This document shows positions 1 to 10,609 of a stretch of DNA of 64,000 nt, piece after piece (the stretch's first letter is position 1; each line of letters begins with the position of its first letter). Position numbers and translations under genes: made by a program. The notes under the pieces are model-generated. The model searched no databases and was not told the origin of the DNA. It was given only the letters and a program-made list of their open reading frames with translations. The stretch spans positions 1-64,000 of the forward strand of contig CAVYIM010000003.1 of assembly GCA_963768655.1 (NCBI GenBank), written 5' to 3'. This DNA comes from an uncultured Chloroflexia bacterium. Lineage in GTDB: Bacteria; Chloroflexota; Limnocylindria; Limnocylindrales; CSP1-4.

Positions 1-3000
1 AGCCGCCGCTGCCGAGTTCGGCCGCGACGACGGTGTGGCTGGCGGTGCAGACGATCGAGTCGCCCGCGGCCAGGCTGGTCACCGGGGCGCCGCAGTCGAG
101 GCCGGTGATGCCGGGCTCGGCGTCGGTCACGCTCGGGTTGGCCACGGCCACGTCGCCGGTGTTGGTCAGAGTGATGGTGTAGGTGATGACCTGGCCGGCC
201 TCGTAGTAGGTGGTCGGGTCGGCCGTCTTGGTCAGGCTGATGGCCGGGTTGACGGCGTTGACCGTGGCCGACGCGGTCTCGGACAGGTTGTCATCGCCGT
301 AGGTCGCGCTGGCGCTGGCGGTGTTGGTGAAGGAGCCGCCGCTGCCGAGTTCGGCCGCGACGACGGTGTGGCTGGCGGTGCAGACGATCGAGTCGCCCGC
401 GGCCAGGCTGGTCACCGGGGCGCCGCAGTCGAGGCCGGTGATGCCGGGCTCGGCGTCGGTCACGCTCGGGTTGGCCACGGCCACGTCGCCGGTGTTGGTC
501 AGAGTGATGGTGTAGGTGATGACCTGGCCGGCCTCGTAGTAGGTGGTCGGGTCGGCCGTCTTGGTCAGGCTGATGGCCGGGTTGACGGCGTTGACCGTGG
601 CCGACGCGGTCTCGGACAGGTTGTCATCGCCGTAGGTCGCGCTGGCGCTGGCGGTGTTGGTGAAGGAGCCGCCGCTGCCGAGTTCGGCCGCGACGACGGT
701 GTGGCTGGCGGTGCAGACGATCGAGTCGCCCGCGGCCAGGCTGGTCACCGGGGCGCCGCAGTCGAGGCCGGTGATGCCGGGCTCGGCGTCGGTCACGCTC
801 GGGTTGGCCACGGCCACGTCGCCGGTGTTGGTCAGAGTGATGGTGTAGGTGATGACCTGGCCGGCCTCGTAGTAGGTGGTCGGGTCGGCCGTCTTGGTCA
901 GGCTGATGGCCGGGTTGACGGCGTTGACCGTGGCCGACGCGGTCTCGGACAGGTTGTCATCGCCGTAGGTCGCGCTGGCGCTGGCGGTGTTGGTGAAGGA
1001 GCCGCCGCTGCCGAGTTCGGCCGCGACGACGGTGTGGCTGGCGGTGCAGACGATCGAGTCGCCCGCGGCCAGGCTGGTCACCGGGGCGCCGCAGTCGAGG
1101 CCGGTGATGCCGGGCTCGGCGTCGGTCACGCTCGGGTTGGCCACGGCCACGTCGCCGGTGTTGGTCAGAGTGATGGTGTAGGTGATGACCTGGCCGGCCT
1201 CGTAGTAGGTGGTCGGGTCGGCCGTCTTGGTCAGGCTGATGGCCGGGTTGACGGCGTTGACCGTGGCCGACGCGGTCTCGGACAGGTTGTCATCGCCGTA
1301 GGTCGCGCTGGCGCTGGCGGTGTTGGTGAAGGAGCCGCCGCTGCCGAGTTCGGCCGCGACGACGGTGTGGCTGGCGGTGCAGACGATCGAGTCGCCCGCG
1401 GCCAGGCTGGTCACCGGGGCGCCGCAGTCGAGGCCGGTGATGCCGGGCTCGGCGTCGGTCACGCTCGGGTTGGCCACGGCCACGTCGCCGGTGTTGGTCA
1501 GAGTGATGGTGTAGGTGATGACCTGGCCGGCCTCGTAGTAGGTGGTCGGGTCGGCCGTCTTGGTCAGGCTGATGGCCGGGTTGACGGCGTTGACCGTGGC
1601 CGACGCGGTCTCGGACAGGTTGTCATCGCCGTAGGTCGCGCTGGCGCTGGCGGTGTTGGTGAAGGAGCCGCCGCTGCCGAGTTCGGCCGCGACGACGGTG
1701 TGGCTGGCGGTGCAGACGATCGAGTCGCCCGCGGCCAGGCTGGTCACCGGGGCGCCGCAGTCGAGGCCGGTGATGCCGGGCTCGGCGTCGGTCACGCTCG
1801 GGTTGGCCACGGCCACGTCGCCGGTGTTGGTCAGAGTGATGGTGTAGGTGATGACCTGGCCGGCCTCGTAGTAGGTGGTCGGGTCGGCCGTCTTGGTCAG
1901 GCTGATGGCCGGGTTGACGGCGTTGACCGTGGCCGACGCGGTCTCGGACAGGTTGTCATCGCCGTAGGTCGCGCTGGCGCTGGCGGTGTTGGTGAAGGAG
2001 CCGCCGCTGCCGAGTTCGGCCGCGACGACGGTGTGGCTGGCGGTGCAGACGATCGAGTCGCCCGCGGCCAGGCTGGTCACCGGGGCGCCGCAGTCGAGGC
2101 CGGTGATGCCGGGCTCGGCGTCGGTCACGCTCGGGTTGGCCACGGCCACGTCGCCGGTGTTGGTCAGAGTGATGGTGTAGGTGATGACCTGGCCGGCCTC
2201 GTAGTAGGTGGTCGGGTCGGCCGTCTTGGTCAGGCTGATGGCCGGGTTGACGGCGTTGACCGTGGCCGACGCGGTCTCGGACAGGTTGTCATCGCCGTAG
2301 GTCGCGCTGGCGCTGGCGGTGTTGGTGAAGGAGCCGCCGCTGCCGAGTTCGGCCGCGACGACGGTGTGGCTGGCGGTGCAGACGATCGAGTCGCCCGCGG
2401 CCAGGCTGGTCACCGGGGCGCCGCAGTCGAGGCCGGTGATGCCGGGCTCGGCGTCGGTCACGCTCGGGTTGGCCACGGCCACGTCGCCGGTGTTGGTCAG
2501 AGTGATGGTGTAGGTGATGACCTGGCCGGCCTCGTAGTAGGTGGTCGGGTCGGCCGTCTTGGTCAGGCTGATGGCCGGGTTGACGGCGTTGACCGTGGCC
2601 GACGCGGTCTCGGACAGGTTGTCATCGCCGTAGGTCGCGCTGGCGCTGGCGGTGTTGGTGAAGGAGCCGCCGCTGCCGAGTTCGGCCGCGACGACGGTGT
2701 GGCTGGCGGTGCAGACGATCGAGTCGCCCGCGGCCAGGCTGGTCACCGGGGCGCCGCAGTCGAGGCCGGTGATGCCGGGCTCGGCGTCGGTCACGCTCGG
2801 GTTGGCCACGGCCACGTCGCCGGTGTTGGTCAGAGTGATGGTGTAGGTGATGACCTGGCCGGCCTCGTAGTAGGTGGTCGGGTCGGCCGTCTTGGTCAGG
2901 CTGATGGCCGGGTTGACGGCGTTGACCGTGGCCGACGCGGTCTCGGACAGGTTGTCATCGCCGTAGGTCGCGCTGGCGCTGGCGGTGTTGGTGAAGGAGC

Positions 3001-6000
3001 CGCCGCTGCCGAGTTCGGCCGCGACGACGGTGTGGCTGGCGGTGCAGACGATCGAGTCGCCCGCGGCCAGGCTGGTCACCGGGGCGCCGCAGTCGAGGCC
3101 GGTGATGCCGGGCTCGGCGTCGGTCACGCTCGGGTTGGCCACGGCCACGTCGCCGGTGTTGGTCAGAGTGATGGTGTAGGTGATGACCTGGCCGGCCTCG
3201 TAGTAGGTGGTCGGGTCGGCCGTCTTGGTCAGGCTGATGGCCGGGTTGACGGCGTTGACCGTGGCCGACGCGGTCTCGGACAGGTTGTCATCGCCGTAGG
3301 TCGCGCTGGCGCTGGCGGTGTTGGTGAAGGAGCCGCCGCTGCCGAGTTCGGCCGCGACGACGGTGTGGCTGGCGGTGCAGACGATCGAGTCGCCCGCGGC
3401 CAGGCTGGTCACCGGGGCGCCGCAGTCGAGGCCGGTGATGCCGGGCTCGGCGTCGGTCACGCTCGGGTTGGCCACGGCCACGTCGCCGGTGTTGGTCAGA
3501 GTGATGGTGTAGGTGATGACCTGGCCGGCCTCGTAGTAGGTGGTCGGGTCGGCCGTCTTGGTCAGGCTGATGGCCGGGTTGACGGCGTTGACCGTGGCCG
3601 ACGCGGTCTCGGACAGGTTGTCATCGCCGTAGGTCGCGCTGGCGCTGGCGGTGTTGGTGAAGGAGCCGCCGCTGCCGAGTTCGGCCGCGACGACGGTGTG
3701 GCTGGCGGTGCAGACGATCGAGTCGCCCGCGGCCAGGCTGGTCACCGGGGCGCCGCAGTCGAGGCCGGTGATGCCGGGCTCGGCGTCGGTCACGCTCGGG
3801 TTGGCCACGGCCACGTCGCCGGTGTTGGTCAGAGTGATGGTGTAGGTGATGACCTGGCCGGCCTCGTAGTAGGTGGTCGGGTCGGCCGTCTTGGTCAGGC
3901 TGATGGCCGGGTTGACGGCGTTGACCGTGGCCGACGCGGTCTCGGACAGGTTGTCATCGCCGTAGGTCGCGCTGGCGCTGGCGGTGTTGGTGAAGGAGCC
4001 GCCGCTGCCGAGTTCGGCCGCGACGACGGTGTGGCTGGCGGTGCAGACGATCGAGTCGCCCGCGGCCAGGCTGGTCACCGGGGCGCCGCAGTCGAGGCCG
4101 GTGATGCCGGGCTCGGCGTCGGTCACGCTCGGGTTGGCCACGGCCACGTCGCCGGTGTTGGTCAGAGTGATGGTGTAGGTGATGACCTGGCCGGCCTCGT
4201 AGTAGGTGGTCGGGTCGGCCGTCTTGGTCAGGCTGATGGCCGGGTTGACGGCGTTGACCGTGGCCGACGCGGTCTCGGACAGGTTGTCATCGCCGTAGGT
4301 CGCGCTGGCGCTGGCGGTGTTGGTGAAGGAGCCGCCGCTGCCGAGTTCGGCCGCGACGACGGTGTGGCTGGCGGTGCAGACGATCGAGTCGCCCGCGGCC
4401 AGGCTGGTCACCGGGGCGCCGCAGTCGAGGCCGGTGATGCCGGGCTCGGCGTCGGTCACGCTCGGGTTGGCCACGGCCACGTCGCCGGTGTTGGTCAGAG
4501 TGATGGTGTAGGTGATGACCTGGCCGGCCTCGTAGTAGGTGGTCGGGTCGGCCGTCTTGGTCAGGCTGATGGCCGGGTTGACGGCGTTGACCGTGGCCGA
4601 CGCGGTCTCGGACAGGTTGTCATCGCCGTAGGTCGCGCTGGCGCTGGCGGTGTTGGTGAAGGAGCCGCCGCTGCCGAGTTCGGCCGCGACGACGGTGTGG
4701 CTGGCGGTGCAGACGATCGAGTCGCCCGCGGCCAGGCTGGTCACCGGGGCGCCGCAGTCGAGGCCGGTGATGCCGGGCTCGGCGTCGGTCACGCTCGGGT
4801 TGGCCACGGCCACGTCGCCGGTGTTGGTCAGAGTGATGGTGTAGGTGATGACCTGGCCGGCCTCGTAGTAGGTGGTCGGGTCGGCCGTCTTGGTCAGGCT
4901 GATGGCCGGGTTGACGGCGTTGACCGTGGCCGACGCGGTCTCGGACAGGTTGTCATCGCCGTAGGTCGCGCTGGCGCTGGCGGTGTTGGTGAAGGAGCCG
5001 CCGCTGCCGAGTTCGGCCGCGACGACGGTGTGGCTGGCGGTGCAGACGATCGAGTCGCCCGCGGCCAGGCTGGTCACCGGGGCGCCGCAGTCGAGGCCGG
5101 TGATGCCGGGCTCGGCGTCGGTCACGCTCGGGTTGGCCACGGCCACGTCGCCGGTGTTGGTCAGAGTGATGGTGTAGGTGATGACCTGGCCGGCCTCGTA
5201 GTAGGTGGTCGGGTCGGCCGTCTTGGTCAGGCTGATGGCCGGGTTGACGGCGTTGACCGTGGCCGACGCGGTCTCGGACAGGTTGTCATCGCCGTAGGTC
5301 GCGCTGGCGCTGGCGGTGTTGGTGAAGGAGCCGCCGCTGCCGAGTTCGGCCGCGACGACGGTGTGGCTGGCGGTGCAGACGATCGAGTCGCCCGCGGCCA
5401 GGCTGGTCACCGGGGCGCCGCAGTCGAGGCCGGTGATGCCGGGCTCGGCGTCGGTCACGCTCGGGTTGGCCACGGCCACGTCGCCGGTGTTGGTCAGAGT
5501 GATGGTGTAGGTGATGACCTGGCCGGCCTCGTAGTAGGTGGTCGGGTCGGCCGTCTTGGTCAGGCTGATGGCCGGGTTGACGGCGTTGACCGTGGCCGAC
5601 GCGGTCTCGGACAGGTTGTCATCGCCGTAGGTCGCGCTGGCGCTGGCGGTGTTGGTGAAGGAGCCGCCGCTGCCGAGTTCGGCCGCGACGACGGTGTGGC
5701 TGGCGGTGCAGACGATCGAGTCGCCCGCGGCCAGGCTGGTCACCGGGGCGCCGCAGTCGAGGCCGGTGATGCCGGGCTCGGCGTCGGTCACGCTCGGGTT
5801 GGCCACGGCCACGTCGCCGGTGTTGGTCAGAGTGATGGTGTAGGTGATGACCTGGCCGGCCTCGTAGTAGGTGGTCGGGTCGGCCGTCTTGGTCAGGCTG
5901 ATGGCCGGGTTGACGGCGTTGACCGTGGCCGACGCGGTCTCGGACAGGTTGTCATCGCCGTAGGTCGCGCTGGCGCTGGCGGTGTTGGTGAAGGAGCCGC

Positions 6001-6630
6001 CGCTGCCGAGTTCGGCCGCGACGACGGTGTGGCTGGCGGTGCAGACGATCGAGTCGCCCGCGGCCAGGCTGGTCACCGGGGCGCCGCAGTCGAGGCCGGT
6101 GATGCCGGGCTCGGCGTCGGTCACGCTCGGGTTGGCCACGGCCACGTCGCCGGTGTTGGTCAGAGTGATGGTGTAGGTGATGACCTGGCCGGCCTCGTAG
6201 TAGGTGGTCGGGTCGGCCGTCTTGGTCAGGCTGATGGCCGGGTTGACGGCGTTGACCGTGGCCGACGCGGTCTCGGACAGGTTGTCATCGCCGTAGGTCG
6301 CGCTGGCGCTGGCGGTGTTGGTGAAGGAGCCGCCGCTGCCGAGTTCGGCCGCGACGACGGTGTGGCTGGCGGTGCAGACGATCGAGTCGCCCGCGGCCAG
6401 GCTGGTCACCGGGGCGCCGCAGTCGAGGCCGGTGATGCCGGGCTCGGCGTCGGTCACGCTCGGGTTGGCCACGGCCACGTCGCCGGTGTTGGTCAGAGTG
6501 ATGGTGTAGGTGATGACCTGGCCGGCCTCGTAGTAGGTGGTCGGGTCGGCCGTCTTGGTCAGGCTGATGGCCGGGTTGACGGCGTTGACCGTGGCCGACG
6601 CGGTCTCGGACAGGTTGTCATCGCCGTAGG
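1..6630. repeat. Tandem array of ~20 apparently identical 333-bp units (111 aa)
   Basis: Identical shadow ORFs recur every 333 bp (321, 654 ... 6315); no variant seen; array continues past the window edge. Confidence 0.97.
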
Positions 6631-9600
6631 ACGCGCCGGCGCTGGCGTAGTTGGTGAAGGAGCCGCCGCTCATGTCGGCCGCGACGATGGTGTGGCTGGC
6701 GGTGCAGACGTAGGTGGCGCCGACCGCCAGGGTCGTGGCGCTCGGGCACGACAGGCTGCCGGTGTCGACGTCGGTATCGGTGATCGACGGGCTGGTCAGG
6801 GCCACCACACCGGTGTTGGTCAGGGTCAGGGTGTAGGTGATCTTCTGGCCCAGGGCGCTGTAGGTCGTGGGGTTGGCGGACTTGGTCAGGCTGATGCTGG
6901 CCCGGCTGACCGTGGCGGACGCGTTGGCACTGAGATTGGTCGTGCCGTAGGACGCGCCGGCGCTGGCGTAGTTGGTGAAGGAGCCGCCGCTCATGTCGGC
7001 CGCGACGATGGTGTGGCTGGCGGTGCAGACGTAGGTGGCGCCGACCGCCAGGGTCGTGGCGCTCGGGCACGACAGGCTGCCGGTGTCGACGTCGGTATCG
7101 GTGATCGACGGGCTGGTCAGGGCCACCACACCGGTGTTGGTCAGGGTCAGGGTGTAGGTGATCTTCTGGCCCAGGGCGCTGTAGGTCGTGGGGTTGGCGG
7201 ACTTGGTCAGGCTGATGCTGGCCCGGCTGACCGTGGCGGACGCGTTGGCACTGAGATTGGTCGTGCCGTAGGACGCGCCGGCGCTGGCGTAGTTGGTGAA
7301 GGAGCCGCCGCTCATGTCGGCCGCGACGATGGTGTGGCTGGCGGTGCAGACGTAGGTGGCGCCGACCGCCAGGGTCGTGGCGCTCGGGCACGACAGGCTG
7401 CCGGTGTCGACGTCGGTATCGGTGATCGACGGGCTGGTCAGGGCCACCACACCGGTGTTGGTCAGGGTCAGGGTGTAGGTGATCTTCTGGCCCAGGGCGC
7501 TGTAGGTCGTGGGGTTGGCGGACTTGGTCAGGCTGATGCTGGCCCGGCTGACCGTGGCGGACGCGTTGGCACTGAGATTGGTCGTGCCGTAGGACGCGCC
7601 GGCGCTGGCGTAGTTGGTGAAGGAGCCGCCGCTCATGTCGGCCGCGACGATGGTGTGGCTGGCGGTGCAGACGTAGGTGGCGCCGACCGCCAGGGTCGTG
7701 GCGCTCGGGCACGACAGGCTGCCGGTGTCGACGTCGGTATCGGTGATCGACGGGCTGGTCAGGGCCACCACACCGGTGTTGGTCAGGGTCAGGGTGTAGG
7801 TGATCTTCTGGCCCAGGGCGCTGTAGGTCGTGGGGTTGGCGGACTTGGTCAGGCTGATGCTGGCCCGGCTGACCGTGGCGGACGCGTTGGCACTGAGATT
7901 GGTCGTGCCGTAGGACGCGCCGGCGCTGGCGTAGTTGGTGAAGGAGCCGCCGCTCATGTCGGCCGCGACGATGGTGTGGCTGGCGGTGCAGACGTAGGTG
8001 GCGCCGACCGCCAGGGTCGTGGCGCTCGGGCACGACAGGCTGCCGGTGTCGACGTCGGTATCGGTGATCGACGGGCTGGTCAGGGCCACCACACCGGTGT
8101 TGGTCAGGGTCAGGGTGTAGGTGATCTTCTGGCCCAGGGCGCTGTAGGTCGTGGGGTTGGCGGACTTGGTCAGGCTGATGCTGGCCCGGCTGACCGTGGC
8201 GGACGCGTTGGCACTGAGATTGGTCGTGCCGTAGGACGCGCCGGCGCTGGCGTAGTTGGTGAAGGAGCCGCCGCTCATGTCGGCCGCGACGATGGTGTGG
8301 CTGGCGGTGCAGACGTAGGTGGCGCCGACCGCCAGGGTCGTGGCGCTCGGGCACGACAGGCTGCCGGTGTCGACGTCGGTATCGGTGATCGACGGGCTGG
8401 TCAGGGCCACCACACCGGTGTTGGTCAGGGTCAGGGTGTAGGTGATCTTCTGGCCCAGGGCGCTGTAGGTCGTGGGGTTGGCGGACTTGGTCAGGCTGAT
8501 GCTGGCCCGCGGGACGTTGACCGTGACCGGAGACGAGTTGATTGTGCTGGAGCCGAATTGGGCATGGCCGGTCGCGGTGTTGGTGATCGTTCGGCTGGTG
8601 CTGACGTCGGTCACGGTGGTCGTGTACGCGGCCGTGTTGCATGTAGTCGTGGCGCCGGGAGCCAGCAAGGTGCCGGCGCACGTGATCGTGCCAAGGACGC
8701 TGTCAGTGACGGTGAACGGGCTCGAGAGGTAGATCGCGTTGGAGGTGTTGCGGAGCGTGTAGGTGTAAGTGATGACTTGCCCGGCGGCCGAATAGGTGGT
8801 CTGGCTCGGAGTCTTGGTGACCGACAGGGATGGCGTCGCAACGTTGTAGGCGACGCAGTAGACCTGCGTGGCCGTCCCCGTGCCGTAGATATGCTCGAGG
8901 TTGTCGCCGTTGAGGATGTCGTTGTAGCAGCGGATGGAGCCGAACGGCGCGTTGGCGGACGTTGCCTCCTTGACCCAGATCCCGGACCCGCTGCCGCCCT
9001 GCGCCAGCGCTATGTCCGCGGCGCTGAGGGGGATCGTCACGCTGCCGCCGGAGCCGGTCGTGAAGGGCCCTTCGGTGTTGGGCGTGCCTGTGCTGTCGGT
9101 GAAGTAGAAAGACCAGTTCGGTGTCAGGGCGCAGACTGCCGGGAGGTCGCCGGCCGGGCCGGCCGTCGGCGTCACGACGTGGCCCGAGGCGTGATTCCCG
9201 TAACTGGTGTTCAGCTCGGCGTAGTGTCCGCCGGTCGCATCGAGGTTGCCGGGGTTCGTGTTGGCCGGAACGTCGGTGTAGTTGGCGCAGATCTCCTTAT
9301 AGAACGTGATCGAAAGCGTCGACGAGCCTGGGGCCACGTAGACCGTCGGATTGGTGGTGATCCCGGTCAGCGTGCCCGCCCCGTTGCGTGTCTGGGTGAC
9401 GAACGTCACTACCCCGGCCGTTGTAGGCGCCGTTACGCCTGAGTACGTGATCGTGAAGTGGTCGCCGGCTGCACAGGCCATCGTGACGGTGATGGTCCAG
9501 GGCCCGGCTCCCGTAACGGTCGTGCCTGTCGGATTGCAGCTGGTACCGACACTGTTGGCGACGGCGACGTGACCGTTGCCGGCCGCCGTCGTGGGCGCGG

Positions 9601-10609
9601 TCCAGCCGGCGGGGACGACCAGGGTGACCGCGGAGCCGGCCGAAAAGCCGTAGGCGCTGTTGTCGCTGAAGTCGAACGTCAATGTCTGGCCGGCGGCCCC
9701 GGCGGTGACGGTCGTCGGACTGACCGTCATGGCGCCGTTGTTGACCTGGACCGTGGGGCTGGTCGCGATCGGTGTGGCAGTGCCGCCTGTGCCATATTGC
9801 GTGGAGGTCGTGAAGGTCGCTAGACCGGGCGTGGCCTGAGCCGTGACGCCGGAATAGGTGATCGTGAAGTGATCGCCGACTGCGCAGGCCATCGTGACGG
9901 CGACGACCCACGGCCCGGTACCTGTGACCGAGGCGACCGCCGGGTTGCAGCTCGTGCCGGAACTGTTGGCGACGGCGATGTTGCCCGCACCCGCCGCAGT
10001 TGTCGGGGCCGTCCAGCCTGCCGGTATGGTCAGCTGGACCTGGGAGCCGGTCGAGAAGCTGGTGGTGCCGACGTTGGTAAAGTCGAACGTCAGGGTCTGA
10101 CCCGCCGCGCCGGCGAGGGCAGTCGTCGGTGTGACGGTCATGGTGCCGATGGCCGACGCGACGACGATGGTGCCAGTGCCTGTGTTGGTGCTATGGGCAG
10201 TGCCCGTACAGGTTGTGTTGCTGTAGTCGGCCACGGTCAGCGTGAACCCGTCTGAGCCGACCGTCGCGGCGGTAGTGGTTGCTACCGTGATGGTTATGTT
10301 TCCCGTCGTGCCAGGCCCGATGGACGCGCAGGTGGTCCCGGCCAGGGACACGCCGGCCACGCCGGTCCCATCGGCCAGTGCCGTCGCCTGGAAAGTGCGG
10401 GTGGTGGTGCCACTCGTGTTCTGAACCGTGACCGTGAAGGTCGCAGTCCCGCCCGCGATGACCGGATTCGGATTCTGGCTGACGTTGTTGACCGTCACCG
10501 TGCCGACAGCGGCCGACACGTTCGCGACGGTGTTCATGACCATCAGAAGGCCGACAGCGATGGAAGCGGCACGTCTGAACATGTCCGAACCCAGTCTCTT
10601 GGAAAACAC
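1..10609 (-). CDS. Giant secreted repetitive surface protein/adhesin with tandem DUF11/DUF7507-like Ig domains (3' end outside window, >3500 aa)
   Basis: Manual minus-strand translation: GGAGG RBS, GTG at 10609 (alternative ATG 10582), signal peptide MFSKRLGSDMFRRAASIAVGLLMVMNTVANVSA, two ~135-aa Thr-rich repeats, a Cys-containing domain, then repeats such as AISLTKTADPTTYYEAGQVITYTITLTNTGDV...VTD...C...CTASHTV...FTNTASA. Same frame from start into repeats; missing from ORF track because it runs off the edge. Confidence 0.9.
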   Translation of the reverse strand, partial: MFSKRLGSDMFRRAASIAVGLLMVMNTVANVSAAVGTVTVNNVSQNPNPVIAGGTATFTVTVQNTSGTTTRTFQATALADGTGVAGVSLAGTTCASIGPGTTGNITITVATTTAATVGSDGFTLTVADYSNTTCTGTAHSTNTGTGTIVVASAIGTMTVTPTTALAGAAGQTLTFDFTNVGTTSFSTGSQVQLTIPAGWTAPTTAAGAGNIAVANSSGTSCNPAVASVTGTGPWVVAVTMACAVGDHFTITYSGVTAQATPGLATFTTSTQYGTGGTATPIATSPTVQVNNGAMTVSPTTVTAGAAGQTLTFDFSDNSAYGFSAGSAVTLVVPAGWTAPTTAAGNGHVAVANSVGTSCNPTGTTVTGAGPWTITVTMACAAGDHFTITYSGVTAPTTAGVVTFVTQTRNGAGTLTGITTNPTVYVAPGSSTLSITFYKEICANYTDVPANTNPGNLDATGGHYAELNTSYGNHASGHVVTPTAGPAGDLPAVCALTPNWSFYFTDSTGTPNTEGPFTTGSGGSVTIPLSAADIALAQGGSGSGIWVKEATSANAPFGSIRCYNDILNGDNLEHIYGTGTATQVYCVAYNVATPSLSVTKTPSQTTYSAAGQVITYTYTLRNTSNAIYLSSPFTVTDSVLGTITCAGTLLAPGATTTCNTAAYTTTVTDVSTSRTITNTATGHAQFGSSTINSSPVTVNVPRASISLTKSANPTTYSALGQKITYTLTLTNTGVVALTSPSITDTDVDTGSLSCPSATTLAVGATYVCTASHTIVAADMSGGSFTNYASAGASYGTTNLSANASATVSRASISLTKSANPTTYSALGQKITYTLTLTNTGVVALTSPSITDTDVDTGSLSCPSATTLAVGATYVCTASHTIVAADMSGGSFTNYASAGASYGTTNLSANASATVSRASISLTKSANPTTYSALGQKITYTLTLTNTGVVALTSPSITDTDVDTGSLSCPSATTLAVGATYVCTASHTIVAADMSGGSFTNYASAGASYGTTNLSANASATVSRASISLTKSANPTTYSALGQKITYTLTLTNTGVVALTSPSITDTDVDTGSLSCPSATTLAVGATYVCTASHTIVAADMSGGSFTNYASAGASYGTTNLSANASATVSRASISLTKSANPTTYSALGQKITYTLTLTNTGVVALTSPSITDTDVDTGSLSCPSATTLAVGATYVCTASHTIVAADMSGGSFTNYASAGASYGTTNLSANASATVSRASISLTKSANPTTYSALGQKITYTLTLTNTGVVALTSPSITDTDVDTGSLSCPSATTLAVGATYVCTASHTIVAADMSGGSFTNYASAGASYGDDNLSETASATVNAVNPAISLTKTADPTTYYEAGQVITYTITLTNTGDVAVANPSVTDAEPGITGLDCGAPVTSLAAGDSIVCTASHTVVAAELGSGGSFTNTASASATYGDDNLSETASATVNAVNPAISLTKTADPTTYYEAGQVITYTITLTNTGDVAVANPSVTDAEPGITGLDCGAPVTSLAAGDSIVCTASHTVVAAELGSGGSFTNTASASATYGDDNLSETASATVNAVNPAISLTKTADPTTYYEAGQVITYTITLTNTGDVAVANPSVTDAEPGITGLDCGAPVTSLAAGDSIVCTASHTVVAAELGSGGSFTNTASASATYGDDNLSETASATVNAVNPAISLTKTADPTTYYEAGQVITYTITLTNTGDVAVANPSVTDAEPGITGLDCGAPVTSLAAGDSIVCTASHTVVAAELGSGGSFTNTASASATYGDDNLSETASATVNAVNPAISLTKTADPTTYYEAGQVITYTITLTNTGDVAVANPSVTDAEPGITGLDCGAPVTSLAAGDSIVCTASHTVVAAELGSGGSFTNTASASATYGDDNLSETASATVNAVNPAISLTKTADPTTYYEAGQVITYTITLTNTGDVAVANPSVTDAEPGITGLDCGAPVTSLAAGDSIVCTASHTVVAAELGSGGSFTNTASASATYGDDNLSETASATVNAVNPAISLTKTADPTTYYEAGQVITYTITLTNTGDVAVANPSVTDAEPGITGLDCGAPVTSLAAGDSIVCTASHTVVAAELGSGGSFTNTASASATYGDDNLSETASATVNAVNPAISLTKTADPTTYYEAGQVITYTITLTNTGDVAVANPSVTDAEPGITGLDCGAPVTSLAAGDSIVCTASHTVVAAELGSGGSFTNTASASATYGDDNLSETASATVNAVNPAISLTKTADPTTYYEAGQVITYTITLTNTGDVAVANPSVTDAEPGITGLDCGAPVTSLAAGDSIVCTASHTVVAAELGSGGSFTNTASASATYGDDNLSETASATVNAVNPAISLTKTADPTTYYEAGQVITYTITLTNTGDVAVANPSVTDAEPGITGLDCGAPVTSLAAGDSIVCTASHTVVAAELGSGGSFTNTASASATYGDDNLSETASATVNAVNPAISLTKTADPTTYYEAGQVITYTITLTNTGDVAVANPSVTDAEPGITGLDCGAPVTSLAAGDSIVCTASHTVVAAELGSGGSFTNTASASATYGDDNLSETASATVNAVNPAISLTKTADPTTYYEAGQVITYTITLTNTGDVAVANPSVTDAEPGITGLDCGAPVTSLAAGDSIVCTASHTVVAAELGSGGSFTNTASASATYGDDNLSETASATVNAVNPAISLTKTADPTTYYEAGQVITYTITLTNTGDVAVANPSVTDAEPGITGLDCGAPVTSLAAGDSIVCTASHTVVAAELGSGGSFTNTASASATYGDDNLSETASATVNAVNPAISLTKTADPTTYYEAGQVITYTITLTNTGDVAVANPSVTDAEPGITGLDCGAPVTSLAAGDSIVCTASHTVVAAELGSGGSFTNTASASATYGDDNLSETASATVNAVNPAISLTKTADPTTYYEAGQVITYTITLTNTGDVAVANPSVTDAEPGITGLDCGAPVTSLAAGDSIVCTASHTVVAAELGSGGSFTNTASASATYGDDNLSETASATVNAVNPAISLTKTADPTTYYEAGQVITYTITLTNTGDVAVANPSVTDAEPGITGLDCGAPVTSLAAGDSIVCTASHTVVAAELGSGGSFTNTASASATYGDDNLSETASATVNAVNPAISLTKTADPTTYYEAGQVITYTITLTNTGDVAVANPSVTDAEPGITGLDCGAPVTSLAAGDSIVCTASHTVVAAELGSGGSFTNTASASATYGDDNLSETASATVNAVNPAISLTKTADPTTYYEAGQVITYTITLTNTGDVAVANPSVTDAEPGITGLDCGAPVTSLAAGDSIVCTASHTVVAAELGSGGSFTNTASASATYGDDNLSETASATVNAVNPAISLTKTADPTTYYEAGQVITYTITLTNTGDVAVANPSVTDAEPGITGLDCGAPVTSLAAGDSIVCTASHTVVAAELGSGGSFTNTASASATYGDDNLSETASATVNAVNPAISLTKTADPTTYYEAGQVITYTITLTNTGDVAVANPSVTDAEPGITGLDCGAPVTSLAAGDSIVCTASHTVVAAELGSGG
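6626..8508. repeat. Tandem array of ~6 apparently identical 321-bp units (107 aa)
   Basis: gtaggacgcgccggcg starts at 6626, 6947, 7268, 7589, 7910, 8231; unit encodes SISLTKSANPTTYSALGQKITYTLTLTNTG...FTNYASAGASY. Confidence 0.96.

Noticed and set aside
1-8508. CRISPR array or satellite DNA
   Set aside because: Units are multiples of 3, protein-coding and have no spacers; no cas genes.
35-9442. 3135-aa plus-strand ORF and the repeated 64-aa ORFs
   Set aside because: Antisense shadows of the minus-strand adhesin; the Gly/Arg/Val-rich translation has no domain logic, whereas the minus frame has an RBS, signal peptide and Ig-like repeats.
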